From a bacterium (lineage in GTDB: Bacteria > SZUA-182 > DTGQ01): a stretch of DNA of 36,367 nucleotides. The notes under the pieces are model-generated. The model was not told the origin of the DNA. It saw only the letters and a program-made list of their open reading frames with translations, and did not search any database. A program made the translations under genes and the position numbers. Positions 27,292-36,052 of the stretch are shown one piece after another; the first letter of the stretch is position 1, and every line of letters starts with the position of its first letter. The stretch lies in contig JBFMGO010000054.1 of the NCBI GenBank assembly GCA_040752695.1, forward strand, positions 1 through 36,367, read 5' to 3'.

Positions 27292-28446
27292 ATGAGAAAG
27301 ACACTGATCTTTACTCTCATTCTCTTCATTCTGTTAGCCGGTTGCGCATGGCTTTTGTTTACTCCTTATGTGGCAGGGATCCAGGAAGTAAGGCAGAAAA
27401 TCGAGCAGACCCGCAAAAGGACCGAGATGCTGCGCCACCTTTACCGGCAATCTGAAGAGATAGAAAGAAAGGCCGCAGATTTCCAGAGAGATATCCAGTA
27501 TCTGAGCCGGTATCTTCCGTCGCAGGAAGAAATCAGCGCTATTTTGAACAAGGTTCGCGCAAAGGGAATGGAATACTACGGGCTGAACATGGTCAAAGCA
27601 GATTCCGATTACTCTCTTTTGCTGGAAGGTGCAGGCATCTTGCAAGGTGATAAGGTCCTTTGCCTTGAGGCTATTCCCTTTAAGCTTCAGGCAGAAGGGC
27701 CGCTTCCCAATATTTGCAGCTATCTTGAGTGGCTGGAAGGATTACCCTGTTTTTTAAGTATCGATAACCTGCAGGTCTCAAGACTCGGGGACGACTCCCT
27801 CCTCTTTCCCCTGCTGCGGGCCACGATACTCCTTAAGGTAATGGGTTTGGTCCGTAAGGGAAAAGAATCCATAGGCCATCTTCGGCGGGAATCGGACGTT
27901 TACTATCCTGTCCGGCTTTCTCCCTCTTTGATTACTGCCCAGAAGAACCTTCGGGTTACGGCGCTGGAAAAGGACCTTTTTTCACCTGAGGAGGGAGCGG
28001 GCAGTGATGGATACGCCAGCTATCAGGGAGTCGCCGGAGGGTCGGCAGACGAAACGCCTTTTCAAGACGGGTTTGCTCGAGACGGGCTCGTAAAAGGCGG
28101 GACCGCAAGAGGCGAGAATGCAAGAGGCGAGGACTCAGGAGGCTGGTCGGCAGGCGGAGAAGGTGCAGGTGACTGGCATCTGGGCGTAGGAAACTGGTCA
28201 CTGGGCACACAGAGCGCGGAAGGAGAAGATGACGAATCATGGGGGGAGGAAAAGGGAGGGACTTCCATACAGGATCTTGATTTTACCGGGATCGTGAATT
28301 ATCAGGGCGAATACACGGCGCTGATCAATAATCGAAGAGTGAAAAAAGGAGATGGCATAGCTGGAATGGAGGTGATGTGGATAACCAAGGACAGCATTTG
28401 CCTGTCAAAAGGCAGGGATAAATTCATCTTGCGCTTGAATCAATAG
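27292..28446 (+). CDS. PilO-like protein with acidic Gly linker and C-terminal MshK/GspB-like domain
   Basis: N-terminal TM, coiled coil, LPSQEEISAIL, YLEWLEGLPCFLSIDNL (PilO); C-terminal GIV...ALINNRRVKKGDGIAGMEVMWI. Confidence 0.72.
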   Translation: MRKTLIFTLILFILLAGCAWLLFTPYVAGIQEVRQKIEQTRKRTEMLRHLYRQSEEIERKAADFQRDIQYLSRYLPSQEEISAILNKVRAKGMEYYGLNMVKADSDYSLLLEGAGILQGDKVLCLEAIPFKLQAEGPLPNICSYLEWLEGLPCFLSIDNLQVSRLGDDSLLFPLLRATILLKVMGLVRKGKESIGHLRRESDVYYPVRLSPSLITAQKNLRVTALEKDLFSPEEGAGSDGYASYQGVAGGSADETPFQDGFARDGLVKGGTARGENARGEDSGGWSAGGEGAGDWHLGVGNWSLGTQSAEGEDDESWGEEKGGTSIQDLDFTGIVNYQGEYTALINNRRVKKGDGIAGMEVMWITKDSICLSKGRDKFILRLNQ

Positions 28447-28473
28447 GGTACTTATAAAGAGAGGGGATGGTAT

Positions 28474-31400
28474 ATGAGTACTACACACAAGGGGAAGAAC
28501 CACGAAGTCTTGGAAGATGAGATAGAAGAGGGGGAAGAAGGGGTTTCCCTCAACTATATCATCTTCACCGTCATCATCGGCCTGCTGCTCCTCCTCAACT
28601 GGCTCGGTATTTTTAAAACCTTTCTTGGGATCGATACAGCCATTATTTTGACTCTGATCGGAGGGTACAAGATTTTCTTCGGTGCTCTGGAGAGCCTTTT
28701 CAAACGGAAGATTTCGGTTGATCTGGCGATTGCCCTGGCCGCGATTGCCGCTTTATCCATCAGGCAGTATCTGGCCGCAGCCGAGGTTATCTTTATCATG
28801 TTGGTAGGGGAGGCACTTGAGTCCTTTGCCGTAGACAGGACCAGGGGCGCCATCAAGAAGCTGATCGATCTTTCGCCAAAGAAGGCCCGCGTAATCCGTG
28901 ATGGAGTGGAAAGGGAGATCGATGTTGAAAATCTGATGAGCGGTGACCGGGTCAGAGTCAAACCCGGCGAGAGAATCCCTGTGGATGGAGAAGTCCTCTG
29001 CGGCCACTCTTCGGTGGATCAAAGCACGATTACCGGTGAATCGATTCCTGTGGAAAAGAGCACAGGGAGCAAGGTGTATTCGGGAACCATCAATCAACTG
29101 GGCGTCATAGAGATCCGCGCGGACAAGGTGGGGAGGGATACGGTCCTTTCCAAGATCATCCATCTGGTGGAAGAAGCCCAATCACAGAAGGCTCCTATTC
29201 AAAAGGTGGCGGACAAGTACGCCAAATTCTTCGTTCCTGTCATCATTCTGGTGGCAGCCGGCTCCTTTCTCATAACACGCGATCTTGTGCGATCGGTTTC
29301 GATTTTGATCATCGCCTGCCCCTGCGCTTTGGTATTGGCCACACCTACGGCCATTTTCGCCGGGATCGGCAGAATGGCCAAAGAGGGTATCCTGGTCAAG
29401 GGAGGCGCATACCTCGAGGCAATGGGCAGAATCGACCTGATCGCCTTTGATAAAACGGGAACCCTGACCCAGGGGAAACCAAAAATTGCCGGTATCGTTC
29501 CCTTCGGGGACTACACCGAGCAGCAGATTCTGTCCATGGCAGCCACGGGAGAGCAGCACTCGGAGCACCTTTTGGCCAGCATTATCGTGGAGGAAGCCAG
29601 AAAAAATTCGGTGGAGATTGGAAAGACCGGGGATTTTCTGGTGAAGCCCGGCCTGGGGATTGAAGCTGTCCACCAGGGGGAGACTCTGCTCGTTGGCAAC
29701 AGGAGGCTCCTGGAGGAGAAAGGACTCGAGTTTGACCCTGCCACTGACAAGATCCTGGAACGTATTGATCAGAAAGGGCAGACCGTGATTCTGGTGGCCC
29801 GTGGCCAGGAGGTGGCCGGTGCCATAACCGTGCAGGACGAGATCCGGCCCGAAGCGGTGGAGACCCTGCGAAAGCTGAAAAAACTAGGCATCAGGCTGGC
29901 CCTTTTGACGGGAGATAACGAGCGGGTGGCCAGGCAGATCGCCCAGATTGCGGGTATCGACGAATGCGCAGCCAACCTTTTGCCTGACGGTAAAGTGACC
30001 AGGATCAGGGAATGGCAGAAGGAAGGATATACGGTGGCCATGGTCGGGGACGGAATTAACGATGCTCCTTCCTTAAGCACCGCAAATGTAGGCATAGCCA
30101 TGGGCTGCATAGGTTCTGACATTGCCATCGAAACCGCAGACATGATTTTCATGGCCGATGACCTGACCCGGCTGGAAAATGCCGTTGACATCGGCAGAAA
30201 AACGGTCAAGACCATCAAGCAGAATATCCTGTTCTTTGCCATCATCTTCAATGCCCTGGCAGTGGTGGCTGCATCGACCGTCAGTTGGGTTACGCCGGTG
30301 GTGGCTGCGATTGTCCATCAGATCAGTTCCCTTCTGGTGGTTGGAAATTCCCTGCGGCTCCTGGCAGGAAAGATGAAAGCGATTCTGACCGGATGGCTGG
30401 CAGATCTTTCGGGGTGGTTCAAGGAGCTTGGCCACGATCACCTGGAGCCTTTCTATCGTGCTCACCGCAAAGAGATCTTAAACGGGCTTGCGGCCTTGCT
30501 GGTGGTGATATACTTGGCTTCCGGTCTTACGATAGTCTTTCCGAACCAGCGTGGTGTAGTACAAAGGTTCGGTAAAAAGATCACCGATGACCTGAAACCC
30601 GGAATTCATCTTTTGTTCCCCTGGCCAATCGATAAAGCCACCAAACTCCTGCGGAGTGTCGAGCGGGTCGAAATAGGATTCCGAAGAACCAAGAACGTAG
30701 CCTCCAGGGTAGATCAGAAGACCGGCCAGGTAGTTACTTCCTATGAGTGGGATGTTCAGGACCGGACCGGAGAGTATCAGAAAATAAGCGATGAGGCTCT
30801 GGTGTTTACCGGAGATGAGAATTTCCTCGAAATGGACATGGTCGTTCAGTATCTCATCAAAGACCCTTCGGCCTATCTTTTTAAAATCCGGGGATTTCAA
30901 GATACCGAAAGTCTGGTACGGTTTTGCGCTCAATCGGCTATCAGGCAGATCGTCGGACAGAAAGGCACTGATGAAATCCTGACCGTGGACCGGACGGAAA
31001 TCGAAACCCTGGTCTCGCAGATTATCCAGAAAGAACTGGATGCCTTCAACAGCGGCCTTTTGATCAAAGGAGCATATCTACAGAGCGTGCACCCGCCCAT
31101 TGAAGTGGCCGATGCTTTTCGAGCTGTGGTGAATGCACATGAGGAGAAGAACATGCTCATCAACCTGGCTGAAGCCTACCATAATGAGCAGATCCCTCTG
31201 GCCCGCGGCAAAAGCGCTCAGACGGTAAGGCTCGCTGAGGCTTACCAGGAAGAGATCATAGACCGGTCCCGGGGCGAAGGAGCCAGATTTGTTCACATGT
31301 GCGAAAACTACGACGATTTTAAAGATGCAACCTCCGTACGGCTCTACCTGGAAACCGTAGAAGGAGTGCTGCCGGGCATGAAGAAATTCATCCTGGACGA

Positions 31401-31509
31401 GCAGCGTAATGGTCGCGAGGAATTGACCGTTTTCGGTTCGAAAAAGATCGAAACGCTCATCAATAACATTACCAGAGAATTCTTCCCCCGTGGCAAACAG
31501 CAGAAATAA
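28474..31509 (+). CDS. P1B-type heavy-metal ATPase fused to a C-terminal HflK-type SPFH domain
   Basis: TGES, CPC, DKTGT, TGDN, GDGINDAP to about nt 30363; then an extra TM and VVQRFG, PGIHLLFPWPI, TGDEN, PPIEVADAF, INLAEAY, RLYLET. One uninterrupted 1011-aa ORF. Confidence 0.93.
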   Translation: MSTTHKGKNHEVLEDEIEEGEEGVSLNYIIFTVIIGLLLLLNWLGIFKTFLGIDTAIILTLIGGYKIFFGALESLFKRKISVDLAIALAAIAALSIRQYLAAAEVIFIMLVGEALESFAVDRTRGAIKKLIDLSPKKARVIRDGVEREIDVENLMSGDRVRVKPGERIPVDGEVLCGHSSVDQSTITGESIPVEKSTGSKVYSGTINQLGVIEIRADKVGRDTVLSKIIHLVEEAQSQKAPIQKVADKYAKFFVPVIILVAAGSFLITRDLVRSVSILIIACPCALVLATPTAIFAGIGRMAKEGILVKGGAYLEAMGRIDLIAFDKTGTLTQGKPKIAGIVPFGDYTEQQILSMAATGEQHSEHLLASIIVEEARKNSVEIGKTGDFLVKPGLGIEAVHQGETLLVGNRRLLEEKGLEFDPATDKILERIDQKGQTVILVARGQEVAGAITVQDEIRPEAVETLRKLKKLGIRLALLTGDNERVARQIAQIAGIDECAANLLPDGKVTRIREWQKEGYTVAMVGDGINDAPSLSTANVGIAMGCIGSDIAIETADMIFMADDLTRLENAVDIGRKTVKTIKQNILFFAIIFNALAVVAASTVSWVTPVVAAIVHQISSLLVVGNSLRLLAGKMKAILTGWLADLSGWFKELGHDHLEPFYRAHRKEILNGLAALLVVIYLASGLTIVFPNQRGVVQRFGKKITDDLKPGIHLLFPWPIDKATKLLRSVERVEIGFRRTKNVASRVDQKTGQVVTSYEWDVQDRTGEYQKISDEALVFTGDENFLEMDMVVQYLIKDPSAYLFKIRGFQDTESLVRFCAQSAIRQIVGQKGTDEILTVDRTEIETLVSQIIQKELDAFNSGLLIKGAYLQSVHPPIEVADAFRAVVNAHEEKNMLINLAEAYHNEQIPLARGKSAQTVRLAEAYQEEIIDRSRGEGARFVHMCENYDDFKDATSVRLYLETVEGVLPGMKKFILDEQRNGREELTVFGSKKIETLINNITREFFPRGKQQK

Positions 31510-31540
31510 CGTCTTACCATTCACCTGTTAGGAGATACCG

Positions 31541-32509
31541 ATGGAAGCAAAAGCAGGAAAGAAAATTACTACCGTACTTTCGATTCTTGTGGCCTTGATT
31601 CTGATCTTCTTGAGTCTGTTTGTAGTGGACGAAACCCAGTATAAGATTGTTACCCTGTTCGGAAAGCCGACCAGGGTGGTTTCAGAACCGGGGCTCCACT
31701 TCAAGTCACCCATTCACACCACGATTACTCTGGACAAGAGGCTTTTGGTTTATAACCCGGTTCCCAAAGAGTACCTGACGAGAGATAAGAAAAACGTGGT
31801 AGTGGATAATTTTGTCTGTTGGCAACTCATCGATCCTCTGGATTTCTACGTTACGGTCAATGCCGTCCCGCAGGCGGAAACACGCCTTGACGATATGGTG
31901 TACTCCGAAGTGTCCGCTGCTCTGGGTAAATATGACTTATCCTCTTTAATCTCTACCCAGCCCGGGGAAATGGAAGTCGAGAAGATTTTTCAGCAGATCA
32001 CGGATAATTGCCGAAGGAGGGCGGAAAAAGATTACAGCATAAAGATCGCCAGCGTGAAGCTGAAACAACTGATCCTTCCCCAGCAGAATAAGCAGAGCGT
32101 TTTTGACCGGATGAGGGCCGAGCGGCAGAGGATCGCCAAACAGTACCGGGCTGAAGGGGAGGAGGAGGCCATGAAGATCCGGGCAGCCACGGATAAGGAG
32201 ACCAAAACGATCCTCTCCGAAGCCTACCGGACGGCTGAGATTACCAAGGGAGAGGGTGATGCCGATGCTATCAAGATTTATGGGGAGGCCTATGGTAAAA
32301 ATATGCAGTTTTACCGGCTCTTAAGGACACTTCAGGCCTATCAGAAGTTCCTGAATGAAAAAACCACGGTGGTTCTCTCCTCCGGATCGGAGCTGTTCAA
32401 GCTTCTCAGTGAGGGACAGGTGAAAGATAACACCAGGGCCGTAGGATTGGAAAAGAAAAAGAGCGGTACCAAGACGGTCACTGGGACAGATAACCTGGCC
32501 AGGAAATAG
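31541..32509 (+). CDS. hflC: HflC-type SPFH protein
   Basis: FVVDETQ, PGLHFK, LTRDKKNVVVD, DRMRAERQRIAKQYRAEGEEEA, GEGDADA, FYRLLRTLQAY. Confidence 0.92.
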   Translation: MEAKAGKKITTVLSILVALILIFLSLFVVDETQYKIVTLFGKPTRVVSEPGLHFKSPIHTTITLDKRLLVYNPVPKEYLTRDKKNVVVDNFVCWQLIDPLDFYVTVNAVPQAETRLDDMVYSEVSAALGKYDLSSLISTQPGEMEVEKIFQQITDNCRRRAEKDYSIKIASVKLKQLILPQQNKQSVFDRMRAERQRIAKQYRAEGEEEAMKIRAATDKETKTILSEAYRTAEITKGEGDADAIKIYGEAYGKNMQFYRLLRTLQAYQKFLNEKTTVVLSSGSELFKLLSEGQVKDNTRAVGLEKKKSGTKTVTGTDNLARK

Positions 32510-32511
32510 GG

Positions 32512-33468
32512 GTGGGCATAAAGATGAGCAAAAACAAAATCTTAACCACATGGATAAAATACCTTTTCAGTATAGCCGCAAGTGTCTACATCCTGTCCGG
32601 TTTTTATCTGGTGCCAACCAACTCGTTGGGCGTGAGGAGGCGCTTTGGCCGGGTGGTCGATGCAAGAGTGTCACCGGGATTACACTACAATTGGCCCTAT
32701 CCGATGGGAAAAGTAGATAAGATCCAACCGCAGGAGAAAAAAAGGATCAGCGTGGGTTTTGAATTCGCTGATCAGGCCATTGGAAGGGCTTCGAATCCGA
32801 CTCAAGGGGAATTTTTAACGGGCGATAGAAATATCATCAAAATGGAAATGGTCCTCCAGTATTCCATTCTGGAGCCTGTTGATTACCTGTTCGTATTTAA
32901 GGACCCATCCATACTGATCAAAGACCTCGCCAAAGCCTCCCTGACCGAAGCCGTGGCCCGGATGAACGTGGATGAAGTCCTCAAAGGGAATGGGAAAATA
33001 GCCATTCAAAACGATGTCTTAGAGGATACTCAAGCCCGTCTGGATGAACTTGGCAGAAGGAAAAACCGCTGGGTGCAATTGGCTTCGGTCAACCTTCAGA
33101 ACGTCTTCCCGCCTCTTGAGGTGGCAGATGCTTTTAAGGATGTGGCCGCAGCCAGACAGGACAGGGACCGCTATATCAACGAGGCCGAAGGATACCGGCA
33201 TGAAAAGATTCCGCAAAGCAGAGGAGAGGCAGAAAAAATCGTGCGTGCTGCCGAAGCCTACCGGAATGAAAAAGTCAACGTTGCTCAGGGAGATGCTCGA
33301 AGATTTATCGAGATGTGCTCTGAATACCAGGGGAACGAGCAGGTTACTTCCTCCCGTCTTTATCTGGAAACCATGGAGCAGACCATGACCAGAATGCAAA
33401 AGGTTGTGGTCGATTCCGATAGTCAGAAAAAACCCTTTGATTTAAAAATCATAGATCTCGAAGAATGA
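32512..33468 (+). CDS. hflK: HflK-type SPFH protein
   Basis: RFG, PGLHYNWPYP, LTGDRN, PPLEVADAFKDV, INEAEGY, RGEA, RLYLETM; alternative start ATG 32524. Confidence 0.9.
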   Translation: MGIKMSKNKILTTWIKYLFSIAASVYILSGFYLVPTNSLGVRRRFGRVVDARVSPGLHYNWPYPMGKVDKIQPQEKKRISVGFEFADQAIGRASNPTQGEFLTGDRNIIKMEMVLQYSILEPVDYLFVFKDPSILIKDLAKASLTEAVARMNVDEVLKGNGKIAIQNDVLEDTQARLDELGRRKNRWVQLASVNLQNVFPPLEVADAFKDVAAARQDRDRYINEAEGYRHEKIPQSRGEAEKIVRAAEAYRNEKVNVAQGDARRFIEMCSEYQGNEQVTSSRLYLETMEQTMTRMQKVVVDSDSQKKPFDLKIIDLEE

Positions 33469-33938
33469 GAGCCATGAAGAATAAAGCTGTTATTTCCATA
33501 GTCGTCATTGCCGTCTTACTGGGAGTCGTGTGGTTTACCGCTCCGGCACGGAACAAGGGCCCGGCGAAGACCGAGGACGTAATCTGGAGAATGTTTGCCG
33601 CAGCCAGAACGGGGGATATTCAACAATACCTCGATTGCTTTTCCGGCTCATCTTTAGCTACCCTTTTGGACAACCGTAAACAGAGTAAAAGCGATACGGC
33701 TTTTCGTGATTATATCAGACGGGATGTCCAGGATATCAAGGGACTGTCAATCATCAATGGCAGGCAGGAAAATCCCCAGAAGATCGTATTCGATGTCGAG
33801 GTGGTTTACGCGGATCGCAACGAGGACCAGATCTTCGCTCTCCAAAAGGTTCAAGATACGTGGAAGATTGCCGAAATCTCAAGACCGGTTATTACCAGGC
33901 AGCCAATTCGCTATATGGATACGGTAGTGAAGGAGTAG
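33465..33938 (+). CDS. Membrane-anchored exported protein, possible NTF2-like fold
   Basis: ATGA overlap with hflK; N-terminal TM; MFAAARTGDIQQYLDCF...FALQKVQDTWKI pattern. Confidence 0.7.
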   Translation: MRAMKNKAVISIVVIAVLLGVVWFTAPARNKGPAKTEDVIWRMFAAARTGDIQQYLDCFSGSSLATLLDNRKQSKSDTAFRDYIRRDVQDIKGLSIINGRQENPQKIVFDVEVVYADRNEDQIFALQKVQDTWKIAEISRPVITRQPIRYMDTVVKE

Positions 33939-34010
33939 TAGGCAGGTAACAGTGAACAGGGAGCAGCGAACAGGCAGCAGCAGGGAAGTGTGAGCGAAGA
34001 GGTCAAGGAA

Positions 34011-34065
34011 AGGACATACGGTGTGGGTTTTTAAGCCTTTTGAAGCAATCCACACCGTATGTCCT
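34011..34065. terminator. Long hairpin between convergent operons (terminator or 3'-stabilising stem)
   Basis: Perfect 16-bp arms AGGACATACGGTGTGG and CCACACCGTATGTCCT; no strong U tract on the + strand. Confidence 0.6.
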
Positions 34066-34075
34066 GATCATCATC

Positions 34076-34181
34076 ATCATCAGTTACTCAAGTACCCGGA
34101 TAATCATCAGGTACTCAAAATCCACTCCGGATAATCGTCCACTTATTCAAGTCCCCGGGTAATCGTCAGCTATTCATCCCC
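34076..34181. repeat. Degenerate 27-31-bp tandem repeat including the pfkA stop codon
   Basis: ATCATCAGTTACTCAAGTACCCGGATA, ATCATCAGGTACTCAAAATCCACTCCGGATA, ATCGTCCACTTATTCAAGTCCCCGGGTA, ATCGTCAGCTATTCATCCCC. Confidence 0.8.
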
Positions 34182-35273
34182 AAGACAGGTGCCGAGCGCT
34201 CTGGCAGCCTTGATCAGGGGTGAGTCGGGAGGAACCAGTTTCAGGTGGCTGACAGCCTCCGAAAGAGGAATGGAGGAAATCTCCTGTCCATGCAAGCAGA
34301 CCATCTGCCCGAATACTCCATGTAACGCCAGATCGAGGGCTTTTACGCCGAAGCGGGTAGCCAGAATGCGATCGAAGGCAGTAGGGGTTCCTCCCCTCAA
34401 AAGGTGCCCCAGGACCGTGACTCTGGTTTCGATACCGGTGTCATTTTCGATTTGCTCCGCTACCTGGCGACCGATGCCTCCCAGGCGGATGGGGTCAGGG
34501 CTGGTCTCGATCACTTTTTGTACGGACATGTGGCCCCCCTTCATTTTCGCTCCTTCTGCCACCACGATGATACTGTATCTTTTTCCCTTCCGGTTCCGTT
34601 CCCTGACTTTGGCTGTAATGCAGCACGGATCGTAGGGAATCTCCGGAATCAGAATGATATCTCCTCCGCCTGCAAGGCCTGACTGAAGCGCTATCCAGCC
34701 CGCGTATCTTCCCATGGTTTCCACAATCATGACCCTGTGGTGTGATTCGGCGGTAGTATGAAGTTTATCGATGGCTTCGGTGGCGTTCATAACAGCCGTA
34801 TCGAAACCGAAGGTCACATCTGTTCCGGACAGGTCATTATCAATAGTCTTCGGAATGCCGATGATATTCAACCCCAGTTCATGAAACTTTCGGGCTACCG
34901 TAAGTGTTCCATCTCCGCCAATACAGAAAAGACAATCCAGACCTAATTCATGATAATTTTTCATGACCTGATCTGAAACATCCCGGTAGGTGATTTTCCC
35001 CTTTTTTTCCTCTGGCCATTTGAAGGGATTCGCTTTGTTTGAGGTTCCCAGAATGGTTCCCCCTTGAGTAAGAATTCCGGAAACATCTTCATATTCCAGC
35101 CGTTTCGTCTTGTTGTCTACAAGTCCCTGAAAGCCGTCTTTGATTCCGATAATCTCCACCTGAAAGCCCAGGATGGCTGATTTGGCTACTGCCCGGATGG
35201 CTGCATTGAGGCCGGGGCAGTCCCCTCCTCCCGTAAGAATACCTGCTTTTTGAATCGAGTTTTGAGCGGCCAT
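34170..35273 (-). CDS. pfkA: 6-phosphofructokinase (group III-like, probably ATP-dependent)
   Basis: LTGGGDCPGLN, GGTILGTS, IGGDGT, PKTIDND, ETMGR, VAEGA, LGHLLRGG; AAGGAGG RBS. Confidence 0.96.
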   Translation of the reverse strand: MAAQNSIQKAGILTGGGDCPGLNAAIRAVAKSAILGFQVEIIGIKDGFQGLVDNKTKRLEYEDVSGILTQGGTILGTSNKANPFKWPEEKKGKITYRDVSDQVMKNYHELGLDCLFCIGGDGTLTVARKFHELGLNIIGIPKTIDNDLSGTDVTFGFDTAVMNATEAIDKLHTTAESHHRVMIVETMGRYAGWIALQSGLAGGGDIILIPEIPYDPCCITAKVRERNRKGKRYSIIVVAEGAKMKGGHMSVQKVIETSPDPIRLGGIGRQVAEQIENDTGIETRVTVLGHLLRGGTPTAFDRILATRFGVKALDLALHGVFGQMVCLHGQEISSIPLSEAVSHLKLVPPDSPLIKAARALGTCLGDE

Positions 35274-35475
35274 AATGCCTCCTTGAAGTAGTAGGAAAAA
35301 AAAGTCATAACCGATAAAATAAATATAAAACAGCAGCTTAAGAAAGCTTTGTCTGTCCCGTATGTGAAAACATTTTCATTATTCAACTGCCGACAAATTA
35401 CGGATGTTTGTCTACTATAGCAATAAGTACTTTGAATTACAAGGATAATTGTTCATGAGGGAATGGTTATAGAAA

Positions 35476-35491
35476 AGGCATAGAGATTGCA
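35476..35491 (+). promoter_or_regulatory. Candidate sigma54 (-24/-12) promoter
   Basis: AGGCATAGAGATTGCA: GG-N10-GC spacing with TTGCA. Confidence 0.5.
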
Positions 35492-35519
35492 TATAACTAA
35501 TAAAAAACGAGGTGAGGTA

Positions 35520-35675
35520 ATGCGTCGTTCTTTCAAGGGGGGTGTAGTACGGGGGGGTCCAGTGTTGTTCCTACACAGTTTTTGGCGGTTATTCCTACCA
35601 GATGTGAATTTTCATATATTTTTCTCTATTGACATTCAGCTTATTGATACTCTGAGCCTGTTCACAGTTCCTTAA
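35520..35675 (+). CDS. Possible 51-aa small protein
   Basis: ATG preceded by a GAGGTGAGG SD-like sequence just downstream of the sigma54-like site; no recognisable motif. Confidence 0.25.
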   Translation: MRRSFKGGVVRGGPVLFLHSFWRLFLPDVNFHIFFSIDIQLIDTLSLFTVP

Positions 35676-36052
35676 AACCAGGCTGAAAAGCCATGGTTTT
35701 TCCCCAGTTCGGAACTTGACATTCGAGGATTAAGAGCGCTCCAGTACAGTGGCAGCTTTCCCTTACTGCTTTGAGGTAGACCTGCGCCTGCAAGCAGACC
35801 TAAACTCCTTGTTCGATAAGACGAAAAAACTCTTTTAAAGGGGGGGTGATGACCATCACGTATACAGCTTTCTATTTTTAACACGGTTTACCTTTTGTAT
35901 AAGAAACAGTGAGAGCTTATCCCATAATATCTCGCTCCTCCCTTTTCTCAAAAGGGGATAAGGATAGTTTTCACCAGAAAAAACCTATTGTGCGATAGGT
36001 CATCAAGAGCATTGAAAAATGTTTTCATAAATAAGGGAGAGGGTTGCCCAAA

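Noticed and set aside
28474..31509. Ferrosome FezB (P1B-6) assignment
   Set aside because: The helix motif is CPC rather than the P1B-6 type, and no fez-like neighbours are recognisable.
34076..34181. Possible degenerate CRISPR array
   Set aside because: Units are contiguous with no unique spacers and derive from the pfkA 3' end.
35730..35810. Cobalamin riboswitch suggested by GCCACTG on the minus strand
   Set aside because: The other B12-box elements are missing or out of order, and no B12 gene lies downstream.
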